DNA of 32,000 bases, from NCBI RefSeq assembly GCF_008065095.1, contig NZ_CP042911.1, forward strand, positions 3,180,001-3,212,000. The letters run 5' to 3'. The notes below the pieces were generated by a model, which saw only the letters and a program-made list of their open reading frames with translations, searched no databases and was not told where the DNA came from. The position numbers and the translations under genes are program-made. Source of the stretch: Gemmata obscuriglobus (lineage in GTDB: Bacteria > Planctomycetota > Planctomycetia > Gemmatales > Gemmataceae). Shown piece by piece: positions 8,723-17,332 of this stretch; the first letter of the stretch is position 1; each line of letters opens with the position of its first letter.

Positions 8723-10285
8723 ATGTCGTCGGATCGGGTGCTCGTGGTCATCGGCCGGACCCGCCACAAAATGGTCGTGGCCGAACTGCAAGAGGCGGTC
8801 AAACGCGGGGCCAAGTTCATCGAGCTGCGGCTCGACTTTCTCGCCAAGGCCGTCGATTTCAAGCGCCTCACCCCCTTGAAACAGTGCCCGTGGGTCGCCA
8901 CCTTGCGCCGCCCGGCGGACGGCGGGCGGTTCTCGGGCAACGAGCAAGAGCGGATGATGATCATCCGCCAGGCGATCGCCTCGGGTGCGTTCGAGTGGGT
9001 GGACCTCGAAACCGACATCGCCGGCGCGGTGCCGCGGTACGGTAAAGTGAAGCGGATCGTCAGCTATCACAACACCGCGGAGACGCCGGCGAACCTCGAC
9101 GACATCTTCGCCGACATGCTCAAGCAGGACGCCGACGTTTACAAGATCGCGGTGGCCGCGCAATCTCCCGCCGATGTCGCCAAGGTGCTGCACCTGCAAC
9201 GCACCGCCCCGAAGCCGACGGTGGCGTTCTGCATGGGCGACATCGGGCAGCCGACCCGGTTTCTGGCGCTCAAGTTCGGGGCCCCGTGGATCTATGCGGC
9301 TTTCAACAAAGAGCGCGGCATCGCGCCGGGGTTGCCCAGCTTCGACGAGTTCCGAACGACCTACCCCGTTCAGGAAATCACCGCGGACACGCAGATCTTC
9401 GGCGTGCTCGGCGATCCGGTGGGGCACAGCCTCAGCCCGCTGCTGCACAACCACATGTACCGCAAGCTCGGCGTGAACGCGCTGTACCTGCCGTTTCAGG
9501 TGCCGCGCGGTCAACTGTCGCAAGCGCTCGAGGTGTACGGCCAGATCCCGGTTCGCGGGTACAGTGTCACGATCCCGCACAAGGAAGCCGCCGCCGCCCT
9601 CGCCAAACAGGCCGAGCCGACGGTACCGTTCACCGGGTCGGCGAACACGCTCGTGCGCCGCGACGACGGCGCCTTCGCCGCCGCCAACACCGACCTCGGT
9701 GCGATCCTCGACTCGCTCAAAGCGCACCTCGCCCAGAAGTCCAAAGACGGGCCGTTTGTGCAGTTGAGCCAACTGTCGGTGCTGATCCTCGGGGCCGGTG
9801 GGGCGGCCCGGTCCGCTGCCTACGGGATGCACCGCGAGGGGGCGCAGATAACCATTTCAGCCAGGACGTATGATCGGGCACAGAAGCTTGCCGAGGACGT
9901 GAAGTGCAAGGCGGTGGACTGGCACGCCCGGCACAACGTCAACTTCGACGTGCTCATCAACTGCACGCCCGTCGGGATGCACCCCAACGTGGACGAATCG
10001 CCGTGCCACTTCAGCGTCCTGAAGCCCGGTGCGATCGTATTCGACACGATTTACCGGCCGGAAACGACCCTGCTCATCCGCGAAGCCCGCGCTCGCGGCT
10101 GTGACACCATTACCGGCGTGGACATGTTCGTTCGGCAGGCGGCGCGGCAAATCGAATTGTTCACCGGACACGTGCCCGACACGGAAACCATGCGGACCAT
10201 CATGCGGAAGGCCCTCTCGCCGCTGACCAAGGCGTTCGATGAAGAGGCGCCTGCTCGTGAAGACGCCGTCCGCGCGGACGAGTGA
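8723..10285 (+). CDS. aroDE: Bifunctional 3-dehydroquinate dehydratase (type I) / shikimate 5-dehydrogenase fusion
   Basis: The ATG at 8723 is preceded by agagggga. The N-terminal half is AroD-like (VIGRTRHKMVVAELQEAVKRGAKFIELRLDFL, YKIAV). The C-terminal half is AroE-like (FGVLGDPVGHSLSPLLHN, YSVTIPHKEAA, NTDLGA, LILGAGGAARSAAYG). Confidence 0.85.
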   Translation: MSSDRVLVVIGRTRHKMVVAELQEAVKRGAKFIELRLDFLAKAVDFKRLTPLKQCPWVATLRRPADGGRFSGNEQERMMIIRQAIASGAFEWVDLETDIAGAVPRYGKVKRIVSYHNTAETPANLDDIFADMLKQDADVYKIAVAAQSPADVAKVLHLQRTAPKPTVAFCMGDIGQPTRFLALKFGAPWIYAAFNKERGIAPGLPSFDEFRTTYPVQEITADTQIFGVLGDPVGHSLSPLLHNHMYRKLGVNALYLPFQVPRGQLSQALEVYGQIPVRGYSVTIPHKEAAAALAKQAEPTVPFTGSANTLVRRDDGAFAAANTDLGAILDSLKAHLAQKSKDGPFVQLSQLSVLILGAGGAARSAAYGMHREGAQITISARTYDRAQKLAEDVKCKAVDWHARHNVNFDVLINCTPVGMHPNVDESPCHFSVLKPGAIVFDTIYRPETTLLIREARARGCDTITGVDMFVRQAARQIELFTGHVPDTETMRTIMRKALSPLTKAFDEEAPAREDAVRADE

Positions 10286-10902
10286 AGGCGCCGCTCCGAC
10301 GGCGGTCCGGGATTTCTGGAACTGATGAAGGGGAGCGCGTGACCGGTGGAGCGACTGCACGCCCGAACGTAATCGTTCTGGTCGGGTATCGGGGGACCGG
10401 AAAATCGACCGTGGGGCGGTTGCTCGCGGAACGGTTGGGGTGGAGGTTCTTCGACACCGACGACCACGTTGAGGCCGCTGCGGGGAAATCGATTCGGGAT
10501 ATTTTCGCGACGGACGGTGAGCTTGCGTTTCGTGAACGGGAGTCCGAGGCGCTCACCGAACTGTGCCAGCGGGGCACGTGCGTGATCGCAACCGGTGGCG
10601 GCGCGGTGCTCCGCGAAGCGAACCGCGAACTGCTCAAGAGCAGCGGCTTCGTGGTGTGGTTAACGGCCACGCCAGAAACCGTACTCGCTCGGCTTCAGAG
10701 CGACCCCACAACCGGGGCGCGCCGGCCGAACCTGACGGCCGTTGGTGGTGAGGAGGAGGTGCGGGCGCTGATTGCGTTCCGTGCGCCGCTGTACCGTGCA
10801 ACCGCGAATTGTGCGGTGGCGACCGATGCCCTGTCACCGGAGACGCTGACGGACGCGATCTTAAGCGCGCGAGCCGAGTCGCAAAGTGCCCGGGCGTCTT
10901 AG
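10282..10902 (+). CDS. aroK: Shikimate kinase
   Basis: NVIVLVGYRGTGKSTVGRLLAERLGWRFFDTDD carries a P-loop, followed by ATGGGAVL. GTG 10282 overlaps the aroDE stop as GTGA. An alternative in-frame GTG at 10339 is preceded by aaggggag, so the start is uncertain by 19 codons. Confidence 0.85.
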   Translation: MKAPLRRRSGISGTDEGERVTGGATARPNVIVLVGYRGTGKSTVGRLLAERLGWRFFDTDDHVEAAAGKSIRDIFATDGELAFRERESEALTELCQRGTCVIATGGGAVLREANRELLKSSGFVVWLTATPETVLARLQSDPTTGARRPNLTAVGGEEEVRALIAFRAPLYRATANCAVATDALSPETLTDAILSARAESQSARAS

Positions 10903-11038
10903 GCCGTGTGGACAGTCATGGCGTAAGTCGCTATTGCCCTGGTGGTTGTGACGATTGGCGGGCTTTCAGCTCTCCAGTCACTGGTCCTTGCAAATTCAGG
11001 ACTTACGTCGATTGCCCGAACTGACTGTCCACACGCCC
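10902..11038. repeat. 137-bp MITE-like element with a 17-bp terminal inverted repeat flanked by TA
   Basis: ggccgtgtggacagtca (10902-10918) matches the reverse complement of tgactgtccacacgccc (11022-11038) at 16 of 17 positions. TA is present at 10900-10901 and 11039-11040. An internal cgtaagtc / gacttacg complement is also present. There is no ORF. Confidence 0.45.
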
Positions 11039-11048
11039 TAGTGCTGTG

Positions 11049-12184
11049 TCAGGTTTTGATTTTAGGGTAGAGGGATTTGAGCCTGTTGCGAGCATCGTCG
11101 GTGCGGAACTGCCGATCGACGCTACGCTGCTTGTCGTTGGTGTAGTCCTGCCAGGCGGCCGTCTCTACCCTCAACTCCTCTATCGTTGCGAACCGCCTAC
11201 CCTGCACGCATTGCCGCGTCATCGCGCTCAGCTCACATTCCGCGACGTGCAACCAACTCCCGTGCTTGGGCGTGTGGCGGAACTCCGATCGCCTCACCAG
11301 CGCCCGCGCCGTTTCCGGGTCGAACGCCTCGTAGAACGCACCGATCGTGTGCGTGTTCCGGTTGTCGCACACCACGATCACCTTCACGGCATCCCGGTAG
11401 CGAGTCCGTAGTAACTCGGCCACCTCCAACGCCCAATCCACCTTCGTCCGCCGCTCCCGTACGCTCACCTGGCGCCACCCCACCAGCGCCTCACAGAACA
11501 TGAAGATGCTCGCCGTGCCCGCCCGCTCGTACTCGTAGTCCACCCGGCGCGGATGATCCTTCGTCGCGGGAATCGGCGCCCGCGTCTCCTTGAGCAACGG
11601 GATCGGTTGCTCGTCCATGTTGAGTACCGGGTAGAGGCAATCGTAAGGCAAGGCATAGGTGTCCAGGACCAACGCCATGTGCGCCACGAACGCCGCGTCG
11701 GCGTCTGGCGGGATCACCCCGTACTCCAACTTCCGCGGCGCCATCGCGTTTTTTTGAGCGTCTGACGAATGGTCTCGTGGCTGATGGCGTCCACAACCTC
11801 CAACGCGACGACCTGCTCGGCCAGTAACCGCAGGCTCCAGTTGGCGAAGCCCTTGGGCGGCGGACCCAATCGCATCGCGATGACTGGGGCTTCCTGTTGG
11901 CCGTCGAGCAACTTGGCTCGCGGGGGCTCGGCCCGGGGTTGTCCGTGGAGTGCCACCTCGAACCCGCTCGTCACCACGCGCTCCCGGATATTCTCCACGG
12001 TCTTGGTGCGACATCCGACGGCCTCGGCAATCTTCGCATCCGTCCAGCCCGGGCCATCGGCATCGGCCTTCAGAAGAATCTGGGCCCGACGAACCTTCTG
12101 CGAGGATCCCTTGAGTTTCTTGACCACCTCCGACAACGTGGCCCGTTCCGCATCCGAAAGACGAACGATATACTTCTTCATCAT
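11049..12184 (-). CDS. IS630-family transposase, OrfA plus OrfB joined by a -1 frameshift
   Basis: OrfA (11714..12184) is the HTH part: MMKKYIVRLSDAERATLSEVVKKLKGSSQKVRRAQILL. The DDE part is in the -1 frame, ending at 11049: NAMAPRKLEYGVIPPDADAAFVAHM..VIVVCDNRNTHT..HTPKHGSWLHVAECELS. The frames meet at the A7 run. The fused product is about 374 aa. Confidence 0.8.
11749..11755 (-). promoter_or_regulatory. A AAA AAA slippery heptamer: candidate programmed -1 ribosomal frameshift site of the IS630 transposase
   Basis: The minus strand reads CTC AAA AAA ACG in the OrfA frame. A slip back by one base continues as AAC GCG ATG GCG, which is the NAMAPRK start of the DDE frame. Confidence 0.6.
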
Positions 12185-12487
12185 GGCGGCACCTCACGGG
12201 GGGGCTGCCATCATACCAATGGACCCCGTGGCATCCTATTACGGCGGCGCGCAAGATACGCATTAATGCCAGCAGTCCGGCACTCATTACCTGTGATTCC
12301 CAGTGATTCAGCTTTGTTTATCTTTCGCGCCGCCGTAATAATTCGTTAGCCTGACACAGCACTAGCACCTGGATTCATGTTCAGAATCAGGGTGCTGAAA
12401 CGACCTGGGTGCAAGGGGGCAGCAGGGGCGCTTTCAGACCTCTTCTAAAATCTTCCGGCCATGTGCCGCGCGGCCGGCGCTTATACT

Positions 12488-13020
12488 CTACTCGGTCAGG
12501 AGTGAGACATCTTCGAACTCCTGGAATTGGAGTGCCATGAGCGCGGCCAACGGTTCGGCGTGGGTAGTGTTGAGTTCACTCAGCGTGTCCTTGATGGCGG
12601 CCCTGAAGGTGGCGAAGTTGGGATAATACTTGCCGTAGACGCTCTTGCGCTTGAGGAATCGCCACAGGCGCTCGATGAGGTTCAGGTTGGGCGAGTAGCC
12701 GGGCAGGTACAACAGGGTGATCGACAACACGGCCGCCATCTTCCGGGGTAGCTCGCACATGGTATCGGTGTTCACTACCGTCGTGTCGGTCACCAACACG
12801 ACGGTCCGGGTGACCGCGTTCCACGCGCCCGTCCGCTGAGTTGCTGATGATCGTGTGGGTGGTTGTGTGATCGGCCACAGGCAACACAAGTACGTCCTGT
12901 ACACGCAGTGGGACTTGTTCACGAACCGCACGTGCTCACGCCCGGCGACGGCCGCATCCAAACAGGGCCTCAGCTGCGTGCCGAGAAACGCGCGCTGGGT
13001 CGCGACGTGCTCGGCGAGCG
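12488..13020 (-). pseudogene. Remnant of a second IS630-like DDE transposase (C-terminal part, degenerate)
   Basis: The 3' part of ORF 12488..13612 reads REHVRFVNKSHCV...VVLVTDTTVVNTD...LLYLPGYSPNLNLIERLWRFLKRKSVYGKYY. The YSPxLNxIERxW block is the IS630 catalytic-E region. The first-D region is mutated (FVNKS) and the spacing is shortened. The N-terminal half is missing, and the remnant abuts the next IS terminus at 13021. Confidence 0.6.
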
Positions 13021-13040
13021 TTTTTTCTAGGCCGGCAAAC

Positions 13041-14316
13041 CTGGCTGGATGAGCTTGTTTTCGAGGTTTTTCAGGTAGGTACCCGTCGGGGCCACGCCGG
13101 AATCGCCGCCGCTCGCGCCGCGTTTCCAGATCGGCTCGCCGCTGCTTCCACGCGGCCCGACCTGGCCCGTGCTGATCGGCCGCGGTGACCTCGCGGGAAC
13201 GGGTCGCCAGCCCGGCCACCAGCTTGGCCGCGCCCCGCAGCACCAGTGACGGACTCGCGGCCTTGCGGCCGGTTGCCCGGCGCTCGTGGTGTCGGTGGCT
13301 CCCGAACGTCCACTCCAGGTCGTTGTTTGTCCGTGGTCGAACGACCGTGTCGTCGCACCCGAACAGCCCCGGCCGGTAGCTGCGGCTCACCTTCACGAAC
13401 TGATCCACCGCCGAACCGAGCTTGCCGACCGCCCCCCCCCGGTGCCGCGTCATGGCGCCCCGCAACCCGCTCAACTGGGACCGAACGACGGCCCCAGCGA
13501 GTTCGACTTGGCCCAGGATATGGACCGCCCGGTGTACCCACCCGAACGCCCGGTACAATGGCGCGAACGCCCCGCCGGCCGACCGCAGCGCGTCTCGGAT
13601 GATCCCCTCCAACCGGGTCCGCGCGGTCGCCCGCCCCCTTGGCCTTCACACGGCCCAGGGGGCGGGCGACCGCGCTCAGCCGGGCGTGCCGCTTGAGCCC
13701 GGACGCGTTCAGAGGCGGGCGCCCGTCGTCGGTGATGGCGCTCCGCACGGCCGAGCAGTACCCGCGTACCACCCCGGCCTCCGGCCCCGTTCGCCCCTCC
13801 ACCTGGCGCCCCCCGCGGACCTTCTTCTTGAGTGCTACCTCGGCATGCCAGGGCTACGCAGAGATCCAAACTCGGTTGAATGACAACGGGAGCGAAATGT
13901 CGTAACTCCTTGGTTTCCAATCCCTTTGTCGTTTTATCGAGTGGCTTGGCTAGTTACCCAGGCTACCCAAATTAAACCCTTGCGCAGCCCTGCTCGGCAT
14001 GCCGATCGGCCTCGTAAATGGGCTTGGCGGCCGCCCTCAGGTAGTGGAACTGGCATAGTTGGTACGGCACCCCGGGAAGTGCCTGCGCGACCGCCTTGCG
14101 GATCGAGTGCTGGCCATCGGAGATGGCCCCGGCAACCGGCACCCCGCACGCCCCTTTCACCGCCGACAGCAGGGCCGCTAGATCCTGGTTCCGCGCCGAC
14201 AACAGGCCCTTGGCCAGCAAGATGTGGCCGCTGAGCACGGCACAGTGCGGGCACGCCGCCCGCTCCGGCGTCAGGTCCCGGGTGATCGTCGGCTCGGCGG
14301 TTTTGGCCGTCTTCAC
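13041..14316 (-). pseudogene. Disrupted transposase gene (one or more frameshifts plus a MITE insertion)
   Basis: Three fragments read in order. The first is CPHCAVL..AISDGQHSIRKAVAQALPGVPYQLCQFHYLRAAAKPIYEADRHAE (13972..14316). The second is VALKKKVRGGRQVEGRTGPEAGVVRGYCSAVRSAITDDGRPPLNASGLK (frame of 13071..13802). The third is RTRLEGIIRDAL..RPRTNNDLEWTFGSHRHHERRATGRK (frame of 12488..13612). The frame changes near the G-rich tract around 13620-13640. The D..QxCxFH block resembles the second-D region of DDE transposases. Confidence 0.6.
13849..13992. mobile_element. 144-bp MITE-like insertion inside the transposase pseudogene
   Basis: A 10-bp direct repeat ctcggcatgc occurs at 13839-13848 and 13993-14002. 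The termini are cagggctacgca and its complement tgcgcagccctg. The interior is noticeably AT-richer than its surroundings. Deleting it with one repeat copy rejoins ...EADRHAE to VALKKKVRG... in frame. Confidence 0.7.
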
Positions 14317-14455
14317 GGGGCATCCTCATGGGGGCGCTCCAAAGCCTACGGAACCGCCGAAGGCTCATTCAGAGACGTTTGCCGGCCTAGAAAAAAATGC
14401 GGACGCGCCCTGGCCCCTTGCGGCAGTAACTACATCCCGACGACCGGAGGCCCCA

Positions 14456-17332
14456 GTGAACCGCTTGCGCCCCAACCCGCTCCCGGTCGTGCAGTTGCGC
14501 GCCGCGCTCGCGTCGCCCCTCGACGCGCTCCCGGACGCCGAACTGCTCGACCGGTTCGCCCGGTACGCCGACCACCCGGCCTTCGAGGTGCTGCTCCGGC
14601 GGCATGGGCCGATGGTACTCGGGGTGTGCCGCCGCACCCTCGGCGGTTCCGCGGACGCGGACGACGCGTTCCAGGCGACGTTCCTGGTGTTCCTGCGGAA
14701 GGCAAAGACGGTGCGCGGCGAGCGGCTCGGGCCGTGGCTGTACGGGGTGGCGTGGCGGGTCGCGCAGAAGGCCCGGACGCGGGCCGCCCGGCTCGCCGCG
14801 CACCGCACCGAGGGCGTCGACATGCTCCCCGCCGCTGACGAGACCGCGCCGATTCCCGACTGGCTCCCGGTTCTCGATGCCGAATTGAACGCGCTGCCCG
14901 CGAAGTACCGCGACGCGCTCGTCTTTTGCGAACTTCAGGGGCGGTCGCGGGCCGAAGCAGCACGAGCGCTGGGCCTGCGAGAAGGGACGCTCTCCAGCCG
15001 GCTGGCCCGCGGGCGCGAGCTGTTACGGAAACGTTTGTTGAAGCACGGCACACTGCTCCCGGCGGGCGGGGTCGCCGCGCTGTTTACCGCAGCCGAGGTG
15101 GGCCGCGCGACGGTGCCGGCTGCGCTCCTGACCTTGGTGTCCGAACTGGCAAAAAGTGGCGCGACCGGGGCGGTCCCGGTCGCGGCGGCCCGACTCACGG
15201 ACGAGGTGCTCAAATCCATGTTCCTCACGAAACTGCGGACAACCGGTGCGCTCGTATTGCTCGTTTGTGCGACGGCCGGACTCACGGCCGGGTGGTCGGC
15301 TGAATCGAGCGTTCCAGCAGCGGAGCCCAACCAAGCCGCGAAGGCGAGCGAGCCGCCGAAGCGGGCGGAAGACAAGCCGGTGGTGGCGCCACAACCGGCG
15401 AACAAGAAGGCCACGGCACCGAAGCGCGCGGACCGCGAGGCCCTTCAGGGGTGGTGGGTTGCTGACAGAGTCGACTTCGGCAACAATGCGAGCGATGACG
15501 AGAAAGAAGCGCTCCTCCGTCAGGAAGGGCGGCTGCATTTCTTGGTGGCCGGGGACGTATTCTGGAAGATCACAGCCGGTCGTAGTGTGGTCCCCCAGAA
15601 GTTCCATCTCGATACGGACAAGAACCCGAGATGGTTGACTCTCAGCGGATTTGATCCCGACGAGAGCCGTCAGGATAAAGCCATCTACGAACTCGACGGT
15701 GATGCCCTTCGCGTCTGCATGTCTGTTCGAGGCAATGGTCCGCGTCCCGCCGAATTCACGCGCGAGTTCTTCTCTCCAGAAGATGAGCCCCTCATGGTGC
15801 TGCATCTCAGTCGCGGGAAACGACTCCCGGTGAGTGAAACAGGACTCGTAGGTTCCTGGGCGGGGACCGAAGCTGCCGTTCAGGAGAACATTAACGGGCA
15901 GGGGAAGAGGGCGCCCGCGCCGCGCATCGAAGTCATCGGGGGGTATCTGTTCGCCCGACCAGTCGCAAACGGCAACGCCGCATCTTGGTTCGGGGGCACC
16001 TACACGATTGATGCTACGAAGAACCCCAAATGGGTTGATCTGGACCTTTTTGCCCCAGTCGAGGAAGGGAAGGGCACGAAGTTGTATGGGTGTTACGAAG
16101 TGACCGACGGTCGGCTGAAGCTTGCACTCGGCACCCGAAGGACCACCCGCCCGCTCGATTTCAAAGGCGGCAACGACACCTTCGTGTTCGATGTGACACC
16201 GACAAAACCACCTCGAACTGGTGCCTCCGCTCAGCCCACGCCGCAAATCGCACCGGCAGGCGCGCCCGCCAATGACCGCCCACTTCCGGACAAGATGGAA
16301 GAGCCGCTGAATCCCAAGGACCTCGCCGACGCGGCGGCCGTTGCGCGCCACTTGCAGGCGTGGGAAAAATGGACGGCCGGGGTAACTAACTTTCGCGCCG
16401 AGGTTAAGCTGAAACGGACAGAGGCGAGCACCGGCAATACGAAGACGCTCAGCGGCGCCACGCTGTACATGAAGCCCCATTTCGCGGTTCTGCGACTGGA
16501 TAACCCGGACGACAGCACCAAAACCGACTACGAGGCGTACATCTGCAACGAAACCGCAGTGTACGCTTACAACGGTCTGGCGAAAACGGTTACCGAGTTT
16601 AAACGACCGCCAACACTGAACCCAGAGGCCGCGCTGTTCGGGTTCCACTTCAACAGCATGAAGGTCGGTGAGCTACAAGAGCGGTTCGCCATCTCACTCT
16701 TCAAGACCGATGAACACTACCTCTACCTGGACATCAAGCCCCGGCTTGCGAAAGACCAGTGCGAGTTTCAGCACCTGCGGTTGGCCCTGTACAACCCGGG
16801 GCCGTTGACCAAGGACGTTTCGTACCTGCCCGCAGCGGTTTATCTGGTCAAACCGAACGGCGACAAGGAGCAGTGGTGGTTCACCAACCCGCAAGTGAAC
16901 ATTCCGGGTGTGGGGCCGAAACACTTTCAGTACATCGAGATCAAAGACAAAGGGTGGACCGTGCAGAAGGCCCCCGAAGAGTCGAAACCCGCCCCGCCCG
17001 CTCAGGCGGACGGGCCGGTGCAGCGGCTCGTGAAGTCCGGCGACTACGCCGAGGCCGAACTGCTCCTCCGCGCCCGCCTACCGCAGCAGAACGGATTGAA
17101 CGCCGCCGAGGACCGGCTGTTGCTCGGGATTTGCGTGTTCCATCGGGCGCGGGACCTGAGGAACAAACCGGACGACGCGGCGATGCTGGCTCCGAAACTG
17201 ATGGCCGAAGCGCTGAAATTGTTCGACGAGGCCACCGCCGGCACCGCGGGCCGGACGGATGACGAGCGCGCCGCCCGCGTGCGGACCCAAACGGAGAGGT
17301 CACGCAACGGTTTGTGCTGTGGCACCCTCTGA
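14456..17332 (+). CDS. ECF sigma-70 factor fused to a TM segment and a large extracytoplasmic region; the 3' end is replaced by IS sequence
   Basis: GTG 14456 lies 5 nt after ggagg and is the first good start after the IS terminus at 14397. Sigma region 2 is FEVLLRRHGPMVLGVCRR..DADDAFQATFLVFL. Region 4 is YRDALVFCELQGRSRAEAARALGLREGTLSSRLARGRELL. The TM segment is LRTTGALVLLVCATAGLTAGW. Two repeats resemble the planctomycete TIGR03067 domain (LQGWWV..FHLDTDKNPRWLTL..IYELDGDALRVC..RPAEF and YTIDATKNPKWVDLDL..CYEVTDGRLKLAL..RPLDF). A TIGR03009/LolA-like segment and then a helical tail follow. The last 12 codons (from 17296) are IS-derived. Confidence 0.8.
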   Translation: MNRLRPNPLPVVQLRAALASPLDALPDAELLDRFARYADHPAFEVLLRRHGPMVLGVCRRTLGGSADADDAFQATFLVFLRKAKTVRGERLGPWLYGVAWRVAQKARTRAARLAAHRTEGVDMLPAADETAPIPDWLPVLDAELNALPAKYRDALVFCELQGRSRAEAARALGLREGTLSSRLARGRELLRKRLLKHGTLLPAGGVAALFTAAEVGRATVPAALLTLVSELAKSGATGAVPVAAARLTDEVLKSMFLTKLRTTGALVLLVCATAGLTAGWSAESSVPAAEPNQAAKASEPPKRAEDKPVVAPQPANKKATAPKRADREALQGWWVADRVDFGNNASDDEKEALLRQEGRLHFLVAGDVFWKITAGRSVVPQKFHLDTDKNPRWLTLSGFDPDESRQDKAIYELDGDALRVCMSVRGNGPRPAEFTREFFSPEDEPLMVLHLSRGKRLPVSETGLVGSWAGTEAAVQENINGQGKRAPAPRIEVIGGYLFARPVANGNAASWFGGTYTIDATKNPKWVDLDLFAPVEEGKGTKLYGCYEVTDGRLKLALGTRRTTRPLDFKGGNDTFVFDVTPTKPPRTGASAQPTPQIAPAGAPANDRPLPDKMEEPLNPKDLADAAAVARHLQAWEKWTAGVTNFRAEVKLKRTEASTGNTKTLSGATLYMKPHFAVLRLDNPDDSTKTDYEAYICNETAVYAYNGLAKTVTEFKRPPTLNPEAALFGFHFNSMKVGELQERFAISLFKTDEHYLYLDIKPRLAKDQCEFQHLRLALYNPGPLTKDVSYLPAAVYLVKPNGDKEQWWFTNPQVNIPGVGPKHFQYIEIKDKGWTVQKAPEESKPAPPAQADGPVQRLVKSGDYAEAELLLRARLPQQNGLNAAEDRLLLGICVFHRARDLRNKPDDAAMLAPKLMAEALKLFDEATAGTAGRTDDERAARVRTQTERSRNGLCCGTL

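Larger units (their letters stand above)
11041..12362 (-). mobile_element. IS630-family insertion sequence (1322 bp), apparently intact
   Basis: A perfect 13-bp terminal inverted repeat: gtgctgtgtcagg (11041-11053) and cctgacacagcac (12350-12362). It is flanked by the TA dinucleotide duplication typical of IS630/Tc1 (11039-11040 and 12363-12364). It encodes a two-frame transposase. Confidence 0.85.
13021..14397 (-). mobile_element. Degenerate IS element of unassigned family, bounded by a 20-bp perfect inverted repeat
   Basis: ttttttctaggccggcaaac (13021-13040) is the exact reverse complement of gtttgccggcctagaaaaaa (14377-14396). The interior encodes only transposase-like fragments in shifting frames. 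Confidence 0.6.

Noticed and set aside
11049-12287. 412-aa ORF read as a single IS630 transposase
   Set aside because: Only the part downstream of the A7 run matches the DDE domain. The upstream 170 codons of this frame are nonsense (RGEYPGARGDERVRGG...), whereas the HTH domain is in the 11714..12184 frame. It is better explained as orfA/orfB with a -1 frameshift.
14096-14455. N-terminal 120 codons of the 1078-aa ORF 14096..17332
   Set aside because: This part reads across the degenerate IS and its terminal repeat (translated ETFAGLEKN). GTG 14456, with a ggagg ribosome-binding site just after the IS end, is the plausible start.
15023-16648. 541-aa minus-strand ORF inside the ECF sigma fusion gene
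   Set aside because: It is antisense to a frame with recognisable sigma and TIGR03067-like motifs, and its translation has no domain signature. The same reasoning rejects 1564..2580, 2883..4031, 4906..6378, 5313..6446, 8423..9832, 19167..20063, 19700..20626, 21949..22632, 23212..24219 and 28785..29693.
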